The notes below the pieces were generated by a model. The model had not been told where the DNA came from. It was given only the letters and a program-made list of their open reading frames with translations, and did not search any database. A program made the position numbers and the translations under genes. A DNA stretch of 64,000 nucleotides, taken from assembly GCF_031769215.1 (NCBI RefSeq), contig NW_026782771.1, forward strand, positions 434,001-498,000, in the 5' to 3' direction. Below, in pieces: positions 24,601 to 46,300 of this stretch. The first letter of the stretch is position 1. Each line of letters starts with the position of its first letter. This stretch comes from Ylistrum balloti. Lineage: Eukaryota.

Positions 24601-27600
24601 GGTTTCTAGGCGCAACGATACAATCCCCACCCAATAGCTTCAAGTGTCGACACCCGCGTCCAAGGTAGTATAACAACGCGCGTTGGGTCATGCAAATTGC
24701 AATATATACACGTAGACGTTTTATGCAGTCTGCACTTCGAACTGGATTTACGCTTTTTAGCTTAAAGGATTAAAATGGCTTGTTAACATATGTTCATGAA
24801 CTGAAGGCCAATTTCATACTGCGACTTGGTAACCAGGTTTTGGAAATAATAGTACTTTTAGTTATTTTAAAATATAGTTTTATTTCAATTTTGGTAAAAA
24901 AAACTTAGATTTGATTTGAAATAATATTACAGACATACAATTTTAAAGTCAAATCAGGTTTGTTATGAGGTGGATAATCATAGTCATCATCGTTCATCTC
25001 ATGATGGCTTATTTCAGGCCAGCTTATTTTCGATCACGTCGACCCGTTCTGATACCTGCTAATGATTTTGAATGATCAATATTGCGTGTAAAGGTGTACT
25101 ACAACCCTGTTGAATAAATAAACACCAGCTAACCTATTGATATACAAAGCCAAGCTAAACATAAGAAACTTTTTTTTTTAATATTTTGACCTAATTTTAT
25201 TTATCACTTTAATGATAAACGTAATTGTGTCATATCATTTTCACGTCACATGTCATGGCAGAATTACCTTTACAACATTGATATTGGTGCCGTGCTCTTG
25301 TTCAAATGGATTTACATGGTTACTCATTTACAGATATTGGCTTAAAAATTTATCATGGATTCTACCTTAAACGTTAAAGACCAACCTGCTCCTTTTTACC
25401 TGTTATCAGACAGTTTATCAAAATATTGTACAGAATTCGTTACGTGATTGACTTTGATGTGTCTTTTCCACCTTAAGGAATTCTAGTTTGTTAAGACAGC
25501 TATTATTCATGAACAAAAAATCTGTTATTATTACAGCCGAGTGGAATGAAAATATGGACGTTTTCAACAGTAGTAACCATAGAAATAACAAATGCTCTTT
25601 TTACCATAACGTTGATCCCATGAAATAACAGGTTTTGGACGTATGATCGATACGTACGGGTTGTAAACACTGTGTTATGTGGTTCTAACGTGCAAGGAAG
25701 TGATATACTATACTATAAAACCGACATTTATTGGGTGTTCTACAAAACGATGAATCGTACTATAGATATATGTCCATATAATTGTACATAAAAATAAAAT
25801 ATGAATAATGTAGAATAATTAGAACTAGTTAAATCGTTTACCACGCAAAGTCTCATTCTATTTTTGTTTTTAATATATTAAAGTTTCAGTGTTCTCTCGG
25901 GATTTCAGACAAATCAATTTGGCATGAGTCTCAGTAAAACAATGACTCTTTTCTCTTGAACGTCACCCATGAATAGGTATAACTAGTTGTCCTTGATAAA
26001 GGATTGCCTGGTTTATTACGTACACTAGCTATCCTGTTCAGTGTTATCAATATTGAATAACCTATGTCATCATAGGTTTTGCAAACTTAAAGTTAAAACG
26101 ATATAGAAGTGATGATTAACGCGTAGAGAAGTAGCTGAACTACTGACATTAACTTTAATGTTTTGTCAATTTGTTCCACGTTTTAATATTTAAAGAAGGT
26201 TTAGGAAGGACAAAATATTCAGATGTTAGGTTTTGTCATGATGTAGTTCAACTGCGTTCCTTAAACTAGATACCAGTATATACTAACGTATGTTCAAGCA
26301 AATAACTTTCATAAATATAGACCAAAACAAGCTTTCTATTCTAAATGGACTCTAACTCGTAAATGGTCTTGTGCATGATCTTAACCCTATCTTAACTACT
26401 CTACACTGTTATTATTGTGCATTACGGTTATCAGACCTCCTAATAGCTAAACGACGACCATGGCCGGGTGTAAATACCCCTTTATTTATTTCAATACCGA
26501 AACATGCTAGAAGTATATTATGCTGCTCCTAAATAATTTTAAATATTTAGACTGCGATCAAATTTCCTCTTCATAATTACCTCTGTCACGCTCCCCTAGT
26601 TGGCCTGTCAAAGCTATTGTATGATGTATTGATCGACTGTCGAGTAAAGAGAAAATTGCTAAATTACATACCATGTTAATGAAATCTTATTAATTTAACG
26701 ATATTAATAATAAATATTGAATGTCCCAGAAATTGAAAAAAACCCTTTTACTTTGATGACGAGAAGAAAATATATGATTAGAATTTAACATCATTATTAC
26801 GATATTTTAAGAATGTTTGCAATGTCCATAAATATATCCATTCTATATATCCTCTTTCTTACTCTCTCTTTCCTTTCTGTTAATGTGCTGTTGAATTAAT
26901 GCAAGTGTCAGTGCGTGGAGATCTTTGCTTATTTTTGTCACTCTACATACTGTATTGCTATGAAAAAATACCATAAAGGACGATAGTAGGTAATTTCAGA
27001 CAACTCAATGATGGGTTCCTTTGGAACTGTTCTGTCTTGTATGTACATTGTAGAAAGGCCCTGACATTTTTGTACTACATGATTACCAATACTTGAAATT
27101 ATCAGACTATTTCAAAACCATGTTTAAGAACTATTTTTTGTCAGTTACAAGTACAATTTGTACCTAGAATCCCAACACCTTATTTGTTTCTAAACCGATC
27201 TGTTTCTCAGGGTTGTATAACCATCCTAATTCTACCAGGCTTTCTGTCACTCTTTCGTTAATGACAGATATGTACTTTAGCACTGACCCCCTGTCAGTCA
27301 GATCTATGCCATATACCACAGAACAGACCCCCTGTACGTCAGACCCGCATTTAAACTTTTATTAACGTTGGTACAGGAAATATCCCCTACCAGTAATGTA
27401 CTCTAAATCAGGGGTAACTGACATGTACTCGGGTAGACCTTACATATGAAGTCACGTCCCTTTAACTCTACATACTTTACCTTCCCAAATGTTATTCGCT
27501 CCATTAGCTTATATCCAAATTTAGGCATGACTGTAAACAATGTTGTGTTATTCTGTATTTTTAATATACAATAAACTATCGTAGTTTTTTTCACCAATCC

Positions 27601-29417
27601 TTGTGAATAGCAGCAAACTGTACCACAGGACACAGAGCACTCAAAGCTTGTTATTCGTACATTGTTCATTGTTGATGTTGACTAGTGAAAGAGCGTAAGA
27701 GTACTAAAATTGTACAAAAGACACAAACATGAATACCACCTTTTTGTACAAATCTTGAATTAGAAACAGAAGAGGTCAAACGTGAAACAAACTGTATGAT
27801 ACAGTTGTTTCGTCGTTCTAGGACTTGTTAGTGACGCTAAGGGCATAAGCTTTGAAGTCTTTGAGGTGACTACGGGAAATCCAAAATGATCTATCGATCG
27901 AAATCAAGATGGGGAGATTCACCGGCGCATTAATTCAATAAATTTGGTAATCTTCATATATCTAAAAATATCTGCTTATCGTCAATTGTAGATGTATTCT
28001 GATCACGACATTATCTCTAACAGAACTATGTAGGTAAAGGCTAATTCATGTTTTGTGAAGACCCATGTTAAACTGCCTCTTATGTTCAAAACATTCTCCA
28101 TGTTGCTGATTGTATGTGCATTGGTTCCTTGTGTGGTTGGTATTAACTTGTGACTGAAGATGATATGTGACATTTGTTTGATAACCAGGACACTGCCTTC
28201 AAGACTGTTTTTCCGTCTTTGCTCGGATTACAGTTACATACTTGTGGTTGTAAATGACCATTTTCAAAGAAGTTAAATTCATTACAGACATTGATCGATA
28301 TTACGTCAAAGGACACATACTGTATCTTCATTTATCTAGTTTCTTGGAAGATATTAGATTTGTATGTTAACAAGATTTTTCACCGTCTATAATACAAACA
28401 TGTTGACCTTTTTCTTTTGTGGCCAATTCCTTCAGTGATATGGACTGTATAATTCGATGTACATAAATTATATATCTATACATTTCTGTGCATAAAATTT
28501 GGCAAATTGTTTGGCAATGAAACAGAAATTGGGAATCAGATTTTTATTGAATATTTTTAATCAAAAGTGATATCATATATGACCAGTAAATGGCAAAAAA
28601 TATTCATAATCAATATATTAACTATTTTCATAGCATTATTTGCCAGTATTGTCATATTGTTTGTGGTTAAGTCTACATCACGTACCATTTTCAATTTTCT
28701 TGCCATAGTGTTCATCGTTATTTCTATTTCTGTTTGCTGTTTGCTCATGTCAACAAGGAAATATTTACCTCACACACTTGAGACGTACTCAACAAAGCTT
28801 CAACCTACAATGTTAATAACACCTATTGTTACTAGGACACTCTGTAATAAAGTGACTTATAAATGTGTTATGATATCTCGATTACAAAAAAATTAATTCA
28901 ATATTTGCCATTAACTGAATCATAACAATACATTAATATAATAAAAATGTTACAAATTGGTTCAAGCACTTAAACTATGGGAGTCTTCCCCAAACTGGAC
29001 CAATTGTGATCGCCCGAATGCTTCTTTCCGCCACCCGCAGGTAGCTTTTACCACCACCAAATACAGTTTGCACAATTAAAACGATTAAAACTACCCAATA
29101 CACCTTCGAACAGCTAACAAATCCTCCACAGTACTTTACGTCATGCTATCGCGCTTTCCCTTTAGAGGATTGTTCAAACAATAATCACAAATGCATTGAT
29201 ATACACAACCAAACTAAAGTCGTCTTAGACTTAGCAAGCATTAAGTCTAAACCCTCGTAACTAACGACTGTGTTTGCACAGTAACATTAGATGGCATTCA
29301 GTGTACGAACAGTAGGTTGGAGCGGCAGTATCTCCATATGTAATTCATAATTCAATACATCTATTAGATATACAACGTGGTTTTTACTTTGTAGGCCTTG
29401 TGGATGGTGAGGAGTAG

Positions 29418-29542
29418 CACGTGACAAGTTGCTAGGTACATCTCTATAGTAACAACGGTCTACCGTAAACCGCTCTACTGTTTAACGACAATATATCATT
29501 GGGATCAAATCTAAAGTGTACAACACAGAGAACAATGAGCCG
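29418..29542 (+). promoter_or_regulatory. Candidate proximal promoter and first coding exon of tektin (MSR)
   Basis: CACGTG, GTTGCTAGG (29428-29436) and CTATAGTAAC (29444-29453), then ACAATG AGC CG|GTAAGT (ATG 29535, donor 29543), phase 2, compatible with acceptor 33625. Confidence 0.6.
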
Positions 29543-32500
29543 GTAAGTACAAACATTCGATTATTTTGTATATTATTTGTATAACCAACAATTTGTGACA
29601 AATATAGATGAAAAAAAAATTGTAGTAGACTTGGCATAATTTTTCTTCCTTTGACAAGTTCAAATATTTTGGTTTATCATTATGTACTCTAAAATTCCTT
29701 TTCATTGTTACTCCATGTGGTCTTTTTTCATTCAAATGGAAAGAGAACGATAACATAAACATTCAAAGGACTGGAAAATATAATATATATATATATATAT
29801 ATACGCCTCAAGATCAAAAAGTCCTAGTTCGTCTTAACATGAAAAGAGATTATAAAAACTCGAAAAGAGTTTCAACAGTTTCAACACTTTGAGCGTTTTA
29901 GTTAAAAGCTAACATGTTTGAAGAATTCTAAAGCGCATTGAAAACTCGATAAATCATAATTCCATTGTGTCGTATCTATATCTTAATGTTTGTTGAACCC
30001 TATACATCATGCTGTCTTTTTATCATCCGGCTGAGAGGAATATTATGAGCTCAAAATATATTCATTCTTACAATACAAATGAAAGAAAAGTCCTTTCAGT
30101 TGTGTCTTGTGGTATGTTTCAAAAGGCAAACACATTTATGACAACTAAGTGTCATCACCCTATATTAAGTGTCAAAATATTTGAGATAAATAGAAAAGAA
30201 CTACCATATATATCATATTCCATATGGTCTGTTGAACGAAACAACAGTACGGCAGCTTTAAGGTGTGTGATGCATACACTGTATGATATATGTGATTATG
30301 AAAGTAATAGTATCATTATAAAAGACTTCAAACGAAAATTGCGTCCACCGTTAGATCAGAGTCATTGTTTCTGGTATATAGCTTTTCACCATGGAACAAC
30401 GCAAAAAACAACCAGCTTTGACCCTCATATCAACATGCCATCCTGACAGATGATTTTACTCTGCATAGAGAGTGACAATAACCAACATCAATTATTAAAA
30501 TATTATCTATGAATGTTTCAGTTAATTGGAGCATGAAAAGTGATATATCATTGAGCTCAGTTGTTTGCTACAAAAATTGAAAAGAGTTTTATTTATATAA
30601 TTGAAAAGGATCCCTATGATAATAAGTTTAACTTTAAATGACATTTGCATCGAAAACATGTTTGATCAATAAATACTTCATCGTGTTATTTGTGTGATGG
30701 TGAAAACAAGAACAATACTCGTCGGGCAAATTATGTTTAAATTATAATCATTCAGAGATAATATTAGCTATGAAAATATTTAAAGAGCTTCAACTCGATA
30801 TTTTCCCTAATCATCGTTTACATGAATTTATGTTCAGTTTCAACCTTATCATGATCATGACTAGATTCTATGTAAATGCTGAAACACAATCACTCAGATA
30901 CTAAACGACCCCTGTGACTGATGAGAGTATTTCATATGTACGCCTAATTACCATCATTCATATTTATAGTTATCAACCTAAGTACAATAATCAATATGTA
31001 CCTATTTTAAAATGCTTGTGGTACGGAAGGCATCCAATAAATTAGTACTTTATGTGTGTATTCGATGCACATGACTGAAACATTGTCTCAGCTGGCATTT
31101 TCATTAACTTACCCCTATATATTATTTAAATAAGTAAGAGTATCTTGTTTCGTATCTAATTTCAAGGTTTGTTTTTTGAAAGAGAAATCCATATACACAC
31201 AGACAGATCGATATCTAATGGTCTATTTCTCTGTATTGTACTATATAGAAACAACAGCTTAAAAGTCGATACATTGATTAATATTGGTAATAAATAACTA
31301 GTTAAGCATGTTTCTTTTTACAGTAATGCCTGATATACCTGATCACAAAAGTACGTCTCGTTGTACGCTATCCTTCTAACTGACCGCTGTATTTACTGTT
31401 AAACAGATGACCCGTGACGATAGTTTGTCAGTTATGACCCTTATACCCTCTTTTATCCTTATCTATGATATACAGTGCATTTAATCAGCCGTCTAATTAT
31501 CGTATATTCTATAGCTCTAAATACCCATAATTCTACTGCTATGCGGGTGTTCTTTAACACCATATAACAAATTGTCATTGCACATAGCAAAATAGTCATG
31601 ATTTCATTCTTTGGATAAGAACATTTGGCAATGTTTCCTTTATACATTTCGACCCCTCTGATGTAGTAAGGCAATAGTTGACACAACAAGTTTATCATCA
31701 CTGTAATATAGATATCCCGCGTTGCTTAAAACCCGTAACGAGATATATGCCGACCAATACTTTGTAACTATATAACTATCACGACAGACCTAGCTATACC
31801 TAGAATCTAGCTATATCTATAATCATGCACTAAACGTGTATTGTCGCCTACTTTCCTATGACAATTTCAATTATGACATTGAGATCAAATAAACAATGTA
31901 CATTGGTAGAATTTTTATTTTCTCTCATGGTATTTGAGATTACACATGAAGTTTATCAGTACAATGATGAAATAGGGGAAGAAAATGTAAACTTATTCTT
32001 GAAATATAAATGGGCAATCAACATTTGATGAATTTTGCAGTAATCTACTACAGTTGCAATTTGGGCTGTCAAGTAAAACGTATACAAACACAAAGCACAC
32101 TTAAACAAGAATGACAGATTGAAGGATTGCAAAATATGACATTGTTTTCAGGCAACTGTCGACACTTTTAAATTTCGGATCTGACATTGAAGAAGAAACG
32201 TAATTCCATTCCAGCATGGTAGCTAGGCAATACAAAGCAAGTTTGGAATTAAAGGCCAAGAGTGACGGCGCTTTCAATTAAAACTTTGTTTGCTTTGCAA
32301 CAAGAAACTACATTGAAAACTCATTTATCACATCTCCGTAAAGTATACACAAATGTAAACTGTCGTTAGTGTTGTTAACTTAGTATAATGTTCAAAAGTA
32401 TATGTGTTAAATACAGTGTTAATACAACTCACAACGGTGTTGTAGTGTTTATCAATTAACATAACTGTTTAATTTTATCAAACAAGCAGACATTTTCATA

Positions 32501-32843
32501 TTAACACAATTTTAAAATGATTATATGACAGAAGAAAGAATCTCAGTTGTTTCAACAACAAGACCAAGTGACATTTCAACATTTTACAAAAAGACATGAA
32601 CATTATACCATAAACACTAATAATTCCATAAGATACCGACAGTGTACCATGAAACTTTTGAAATTCCTTTAAGTTCCATTTAGCTCAGACATTTTACCAT
32701 GAAAGAGTAATATTTTACAATCAAGACTTTGTAATTTCACTTCACTTCAACAAATAATAAATATCAGTGGTTTTTTTCTTTAAAACATTTATCCCTAGAT
32801 AAAATGCCACATTATTTATGATATTTTCACCATCATGATTAGG

Positions 32844-32846
<3 letters not shown>

Positions 32847-32883
<37 letters not shown>
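32847..32883. repeat. (AT)n microsatellite
   Basis: Direct inspection. Confidence 0.95.
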
Positions 32884-32886
<3 letters not shown>

Positions 32887-33624
32887 GTCAATACAGGTTT
32901 TGAAGACATCTTCTATTAAATGTAGTGAAGTGTAAACTGTGTCTACTTTCTGGTCAAAACATGACACTAAGGATTCCGATGTTTAGAAGTACTATTGGAC
33001 AATTGAAGTCTGGAGGACCGTTTTAGGCGTTAATTTTACTTACCAGTTGATTTACGTTTACAATGTAGAGTGTACGTTCCGGATTGTAAACCTGTCACTT
33101 CTTTATATCTCGAGGTAAATCCTAAAACGAAAGGATTCGTGATTGCCTTAAGTGGTTAAGCAGGCCAGTCAATAGTGTTTGTTTAAACACTCTTTGGTCA
33201 AACAAACTGACAGAATTCCTTAAAGACGTGTTTGTTCAACATATATTTTAATTGAAAGGGAAATTTAAGCGATACTTGAGTTGAACATGGACGTAAGCCT
33301 TTGCCTAGAGCAAATTTTAATGTTATTGTGATTTACACAGATCTCAAAGTAAATTAAACATCGTCACCATCTATAACGATATATCAGATAAGTATTAGGC
33401 AGTTGTTTGTGAGTTTACAAACATATTTAAGTTTAGTACTAAATGAACGTGTTCAGGGATACTAAACAGCTTTCGAAAAAAAACAAATAATAGTAATAAC
33501 ATTAAAAAAAATTATTGATCCGGAAATATTTTTTTATTTCAGTGAAAGCTGTTTTACCATACTGTTGCTTTAACTATGTTGTGGGATTTTCCCATTTTAT
33601 TGAGATTTTCCATTTCTCTTGCAG

Positions 33625-40300
<6,676 letters not shown>

Positions 40301-40437
40301 TAATTAGAAACTTTTATCAATTTTTATGTACGAAGTAAAGAAAAATGGTCATCTGGAAGTGTTGGCATTATAATGCATTAACAAATGGAGAAACGTCATA
40401 CAGATTCCATTAAAACACGTTTAAAGAAATATTTTTA

Positions 40438-40497
40438 AATAAACTTTTCCATACGGGATATCGTGATTATTTAATGAGTGTACGTTCAACGAATAAA
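40438..40497 (+). terminator. Candidate polyadenylation signals of tektin (AATAAA at 40438 and 40492)
   Basis: Hexamers ~140 and ~190 nt downstream of the stop codon; AT-rich context makes chance occurrence possible. Confidence 0.4.
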
Positions 40498-41204
40498 CAG
40501 ATTTATTGGATGACAGTGTCTATGTATATCTTACAAAAAGACGTTTGTTTCGCAAATTTGCGAAAGTTTGAAAGTTTTTATATAGCAACCCCGCAAACTT
40601 TAAGAGTCTTATGGACCTGTTTGTCATACACGGTATACGTTGTGAAAGTCGTTGATATATCTTATTGTTCACTTGTTTCATAACAGATCTTTTGTTCATG
40701 TTATATTTGCAAATACGATTTGCATTTCATATTTTTTCGCTTCTTCCTTTTTTCGAAGAGAAGATTTCAAACAAGAAGGGGTGTTGATGTGTATCCGTAC
40801 CTGTTTTCTGTTTATCTATTATAAGAACGATAGACAGAACCCCTTCTAGGTCGTAATTCACCATCGGATCGATGCCGTCTCGAAGTTAAGTTTTACTAGG
40901 CATGCTTGAGTTAGAGCAAGGTAGTGACATTTCGTTCTATAATCATAGTGTTTTTTTTTATAATTATTATTAAATGCTTAAGAAAGGACCTAAAGAACAC
41001 AGTCGCAACTGTGTGTAATACAAATTGAAAAGTCCTTCGTGAACCTTTACCGTCCAGTATTTAGTCATTTACCGAAAAGAACTTGCATTTCAGTAAAACT
41101 TATTTTAAATTTCATCGTATAGGTTTCCTTTTTGTTTTTTCAATGGTTTTAAATTATTTGTAGATTATAAATAAGCGCAGAAATCAAAAGTAAATCAGCT
41201 AGAT

Positions 41205-41301
41205 TTCATACAGATGGTAAGTGGTGACGTAGCCGGTCAGTAACAGCGCTACATTGCACTAAAGTCAGCTAGCATTAGCAATAGTGATCAAGTACGTAAG
41301 T
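41205..41301 (+). promoter_or_regulatory. Candidate 5' non-coding exon region of the CFAP97D gene
   Basis: Two perfect GTAAGT donors (41217, 41296) in a locally GC-richer patch 2 kb upstream of the acceptor TTCCACAG|CAGTCATG (43313). Confidence 0.35.
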
Positions 41302-42775
41302 GCTAAACTGAAAATATTTTTGTTGTGTAATTAGTGTGAATAAAAAAGGTTTGTACCGTATTTCTAATTCTGTTGAACATTTTTATTTATTGAATTATTA
41401 AACATATATCAAATTATGTAAATTGAATATAAAGTAATTAAATATATGTATCTTGATTTTTTCCCATTTAAAACAAGTTTTAAACGTAAGTGTGTGTGTT
41501 TTGAATTCCAAATTAAATTACAGTATTTATTACATAAAAAGTTGCACATAACTTTCAAACATTACGGAACTTTCCGTACATGACGGAAACTGCCGAGTAG
41601 AACCACTAGAATGTGCGCATGCTCTGAGGATACTTTCCTCTTTGTGGACGTAAACCACATCAGTATTAGACTATCTACAACTTGAACATTACAACCATTT
41701 GATTGCTCAACAGGATGTTTATGTACGTAGAGTAAGTGACTTGCCATCTAATGTGCTATGAACTGTGATATACTGGCTATGTTTTATTTATATGTTGTTA
41801 AAATTTTGTATATAGCGTTTCCATATCATTGGTCGAGTAGACACCGTTGTACTGCTTATGTTGTTTGCACAATAAAACGTGGAAAAATATTATTCGTTTG
41901 TTTGGTATTTTTTCGAAAGATGGTCATAACCTCAAATCTAACAATGTCTACAAGTTTTTCGTCCTTTATATACACAATTCATGCTAGTTGTGTTATTGTT
42001 ATCATCAATTTGTTATATCGTAATTGACAACACATCAGTTGACCATAGATCTTAATTCATCTTTGTGTTGCAAGGCAAAATAAATACTTATGATAAAAAA
42101 AAGAAACGTTGATTTCATTTTACTAATCTGGACATACGGACAAGGGAAGTAACTCTAACAAGGTTATCTCCTATAAAGTGCCCCAACTTATTGTGTTGCT
42201 TAAAGTAGTACTGATTGATGTCTATAAAATGTTAAATGAAATCCCACCAAAGATAGAATTTCCTAGTGTCAGGCCGCCATATATATATATATCTTCATGT
42301 TGTATTATGTAGGGATCTTCTCTCAAGTCTGAATAAATCCATGCAAGTTCCGGGCGAGATGTAGGGTGAGAGCTAAGGCGATCATGGACAAAAACATGTA
42401 CGTTTTATACGAGTTATCTCCCTTCCGATAAATTCTGTGATTGTAACCAAGGGAAATTACCTCTTGTCGCTGACAGTTGGTAAATTTTCAGGTGAACGTT
42501 AATGGTTCCAACGTTTGAAAAACGACAGAGGATCAGGTTCATTACCCCAGTTTTACCCGTCCAATCGTGTACTTTATACATCAGGGAAGTAAATGCTGCA
42601 ATACATATGTACTTTTTAACATACCTCTGCAGAAAAAGTGTAAAAAAATTAAGATGGGGATGTGTTGTATATTCAATACTTGTAGCTATCAACAACTTTT
42701 AACGAATTACACAGCCGTGTCATGATCAGGATAGTCACATTCTAGCTGATGTCTTACATCGACAGATCAATGGTA

Positions 42776-42860
42776 TGCGACGGACTTCCCGTATGTTATT
42801 GGTGAAATAGCTACCTACTACAGCGAGGCAACCCGCCTCAAAATGACCATGGCTGTAAAC
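42776..42860 (+). mobile_element. SINE central-domain fragment related to the copy at 293-560
   Basis: TGCGACGGACTTCCCGTATGTTATT...CCGCCTCAAAATGACCATGGCTGT versus TGCGACGTGCCTCCCGTATGTTATT...CCGCCTTAAAAATGACCACGGCTTGT. Confidence 0.6.
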
Positions 42861-43317
42861 GATGCATAATAACCTCAACGTTTAACCAACAATGATTTGC
42901 ATTTATATCTTCGACAAATTACGGCTGCTATGAGTAAATTGACATTGGGCCAGTCGTTCTTCCTTCTGATGTAAGTCGGTCCGAGGATACAAACTATAAA
43001 GTGCTGTTTTCAAACATACTTTCTTAAAATGATTTGATTGTCTTTCAATAAGCTGTTTTAAGATGTGACACGACTGTTATTAAAAGACTGTTACTTCACG
43101 TTTCCATTCTTTACAAATTAAATTAAAATAATAGCTTTTAAGTGTTTGCAGGTGGATATGGGAGACAACTCTTTAAGCCATAAAAATGACGTAACGTGTA
43201 TTATGACGTCATCTTTGTACGTCGCTCAGATCTGCATCGTTTGATTTTGTAGTTGTCGGTTTTTATTCTTTTCTTCCTTTTTATTCACGTGGAGACAATT
43301 TTACTTCCACAGCAGTC

Positions 43318-46300
43318 ATGCATCGGGCTTACCAGCCTCTAACACCAGCGAACAACATCTTCTTGAAAAGACTCTGGGACGAAAACTATTTCAAAACACA
43401 CAGAAGAAAGGTTGTAGCAGGTTTGTGTAATTTTCTCAATATTTTTTCATAAAATTTTATCAAAAAGGAAAGGTTAGAAATGAACGGTAGTGCAAAAAGT
43501 CCATTCATATTAGTTTTTAGATGAAGTATTTGAAAACAGGTATGTGCGCCGTTGTTCATTGTCCTCAATATATTAGCATGAAGATGAATTTGCAAAAAAA
43601 AATTTAATCTTTCAGCCAAACCTAGAATCGATAACAAACCTCCAAAGACGTACATGCATTTACACATCAAGCTGAAAAAGCTACAGGTATGTAATACTGG
43701 TTAACTATACCACATTCTGATTAACATCTTAATTCACCACTCCATTTTGAACGGAAAGTAAATTGGTAAATTAAGACCTATATTTTAATCAGATTATTGA
43801 ATATATCATGTCGTAAAAGATTCGTCACGAAGTTAGAGTTCGGGACATGTTCAAAAGACGCGACTTATATCTGAACAGTGCATGATGTGTACAGCATTGT
43901 ACTCTAGTAAAAATATGTTTACGATATATTCCAATCAGTTTCGTTTTGTACTTATGCTGCAAAGTTAAAAATATTTATTTCTACACCGATGATAAATAGT
44001 TGAATTTCACTTGAATTCGTTCCTGTTATATTTCAATGGATATTGTGATACCGCTGAACGTGTTATACCGACATTTGAACAGATCGAGGGAGAGCGATTA
44101 GCAAGTGTGGAAAGGGATAACAGAATCCTTTTAGAGAGAATGGCGCACATCATGAGATCTGGGGGTCGTGTTCACAGCCAAAATAAAGACTATATGAGGA
44201 AAAGGTGAGCTCAAAGGTTACTTCATCTCCGTTTCTCTTTTTTGCGCACCACTGATGTAACTAAATTACACAAGTTATTTATGCCAGTGCCAATGTGAGA
44301 TAAAAGTTAATGTGTCTGTTGAGAATTTCACGTAATCAGAATCTTCAAACTTCATAAGACTTGAAAAGTATGTTTACGTGAGACAATTATGTTGACAGCG
44401 ACGGTTTTCATTAAGAAGTGGAAGGCGGGTATCTGAACTCATAATCAAATTACATGCATGCGAATATAATTATTTATAAATAGACCAAAACCAAAAAAAT
44501 CAACTCACGTTCATGGAAATGTCTATTGACCTTTGTTTGTCCAGTCTGAACAAGACTAAGCGCCAGAGGGAGCTACTACGCATCACCCACGAGAACCTGG
44601 CTATCCTGAAAAGGCTGACCTCTAAGGAACCACATTATAATCACAACAGATGGAACCACGAGTGGAAGGTACAGTGACATACTTATCACAACTGTGGTCT
44701 TATGAATTTCAATCGATAATATATCGATCGAAATGTGAAATGTTGCAGTTTCTCTATGAGATCAATTTGTGATGTTTCAACCCTGTGCAAAACTTTGAAA
44801 GTCTCAGTCTGTGGATATAAGATGTCTACATACATCAGGGATGATCGATCATATGTTAGACATCGCCATATCACTTGAAATGCACGTGTAAAATGTGAAC
44901 GAATATGTGTTAGAATGATGAGGAGTAGGCTACTGTTTTGGTAACTCAGAAAAGGTATATACATGTACTGGTTTAATGGCCATGAAAAATCACTACCCCC
45001 ATCTCCAATCCCGGATTTTCTTTATACTACAAACGTTATTTTGTTTGCCTGTGAAAGTTACTATTATTATTTTCAATACATGGAACGTGATTGGTTGTAA
45101 TATGTGACGTGTTTTTACACCAGATGAATCAGCAGTACATGATGAACATTTCTAAATTCCCACACATCTGGAGAGATAAACACGAGTTGGAGATGAGGAA
45201 GATGCAACAAGCTGCTGCTAACCGCTGGATCGTAGACCAGGTATGGTGTCTATCGCTGGATCGTAGACCAGGTATGGTGTCTATGGCTGGATCGTAGACC
45301 AGGTATGGTGTCTATCGCTGGATCGTAGACCAGGTATGGTGTCTGGTGTCTTTCGCTGGATCGTAGACCAGGTATGGTGTCTGGTGTCTATCGCTGGATC
45401 GTAGACCAGGTATGGTGTCTATGGCTGGATCGTAGACCAGGTATGGTGTCTATCGCTGGATCGTAGACCAGGTATGGTGTCTATGGCTGGATCGTAGACC
45501 AGGTATGGTGTCTATCGCTGGATCGTAGACCAGGTATGGTGTCTGGTGTCTTTCGCTGGATCGTAGACCAGGTATGGTGTCTGGTGTCTATCGCTGGATC
45601 GTAGACCAAGTATGGTGTATATCGCGGGGATTTGGCACGAATCCTTAACCCAACGATCAGCATGTCCGCGCACAGATCACGTGTTATCTGTGTTATTGCT
45701 TGTATCACACGGTCTCTGTACAAAAGATTGTGTGTGCACGTGTGTTGTTAGAATGTGATCGCTAAATTTTCCATTGACTGTTTATGCTTCCAGATACTTC
45801 ATTGTTTTTAAGTCGCCCGAGGCAAGGACATTTTCGACTTCTTCTGGAGAAACCGATTTCAATGAAATTTTACAAAAAACTTCCATGGCTAAAGACAACC
45901 AAAATTGTAAATTATATGGTCCTCAACCCGTAGGAGTCTGAGGGGCGGAGCCATAAATTGGTCAAATTGACTGAAATTTCGAAAGTCTTCTTTTCAATCC
46001 GTGGATAAAAGTTTCTGACAGTTCTTTGTAAAAATTGTAAATTTCAGGACCACAGGGTCTCACATTTCCTGTTGGGAGGGGGTATAATTCACTATATTTT
46101 ATATAGGAAATCTACATTTTTGACCATGATTTGTTTCTTTTCTTTCAGGAATAGTTCAAACTTGGTTATATTTTTTTTTGTTATTAGTATAAGCTGGCAG
46201 TTTGATGAGATGCACATATTGACCTTGCTTGACCCCCAGGGGCTGATGGACGGGGCCAAAAATGGGTCAAATTGATTGAATTTCAAAGATGTTCTTTTGT

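Noticed and set aside
26460-26475. ATG GCC GG|GTGTAA phase-2 micro-exon candidate
   Set aside because: Weak donor and no promoter motif nearby.
45241-45625. CRISPR-like regular direct repeats
   Set aside because: No unique spacers, eukaryotic context, and the unit is an exon-intron junction.
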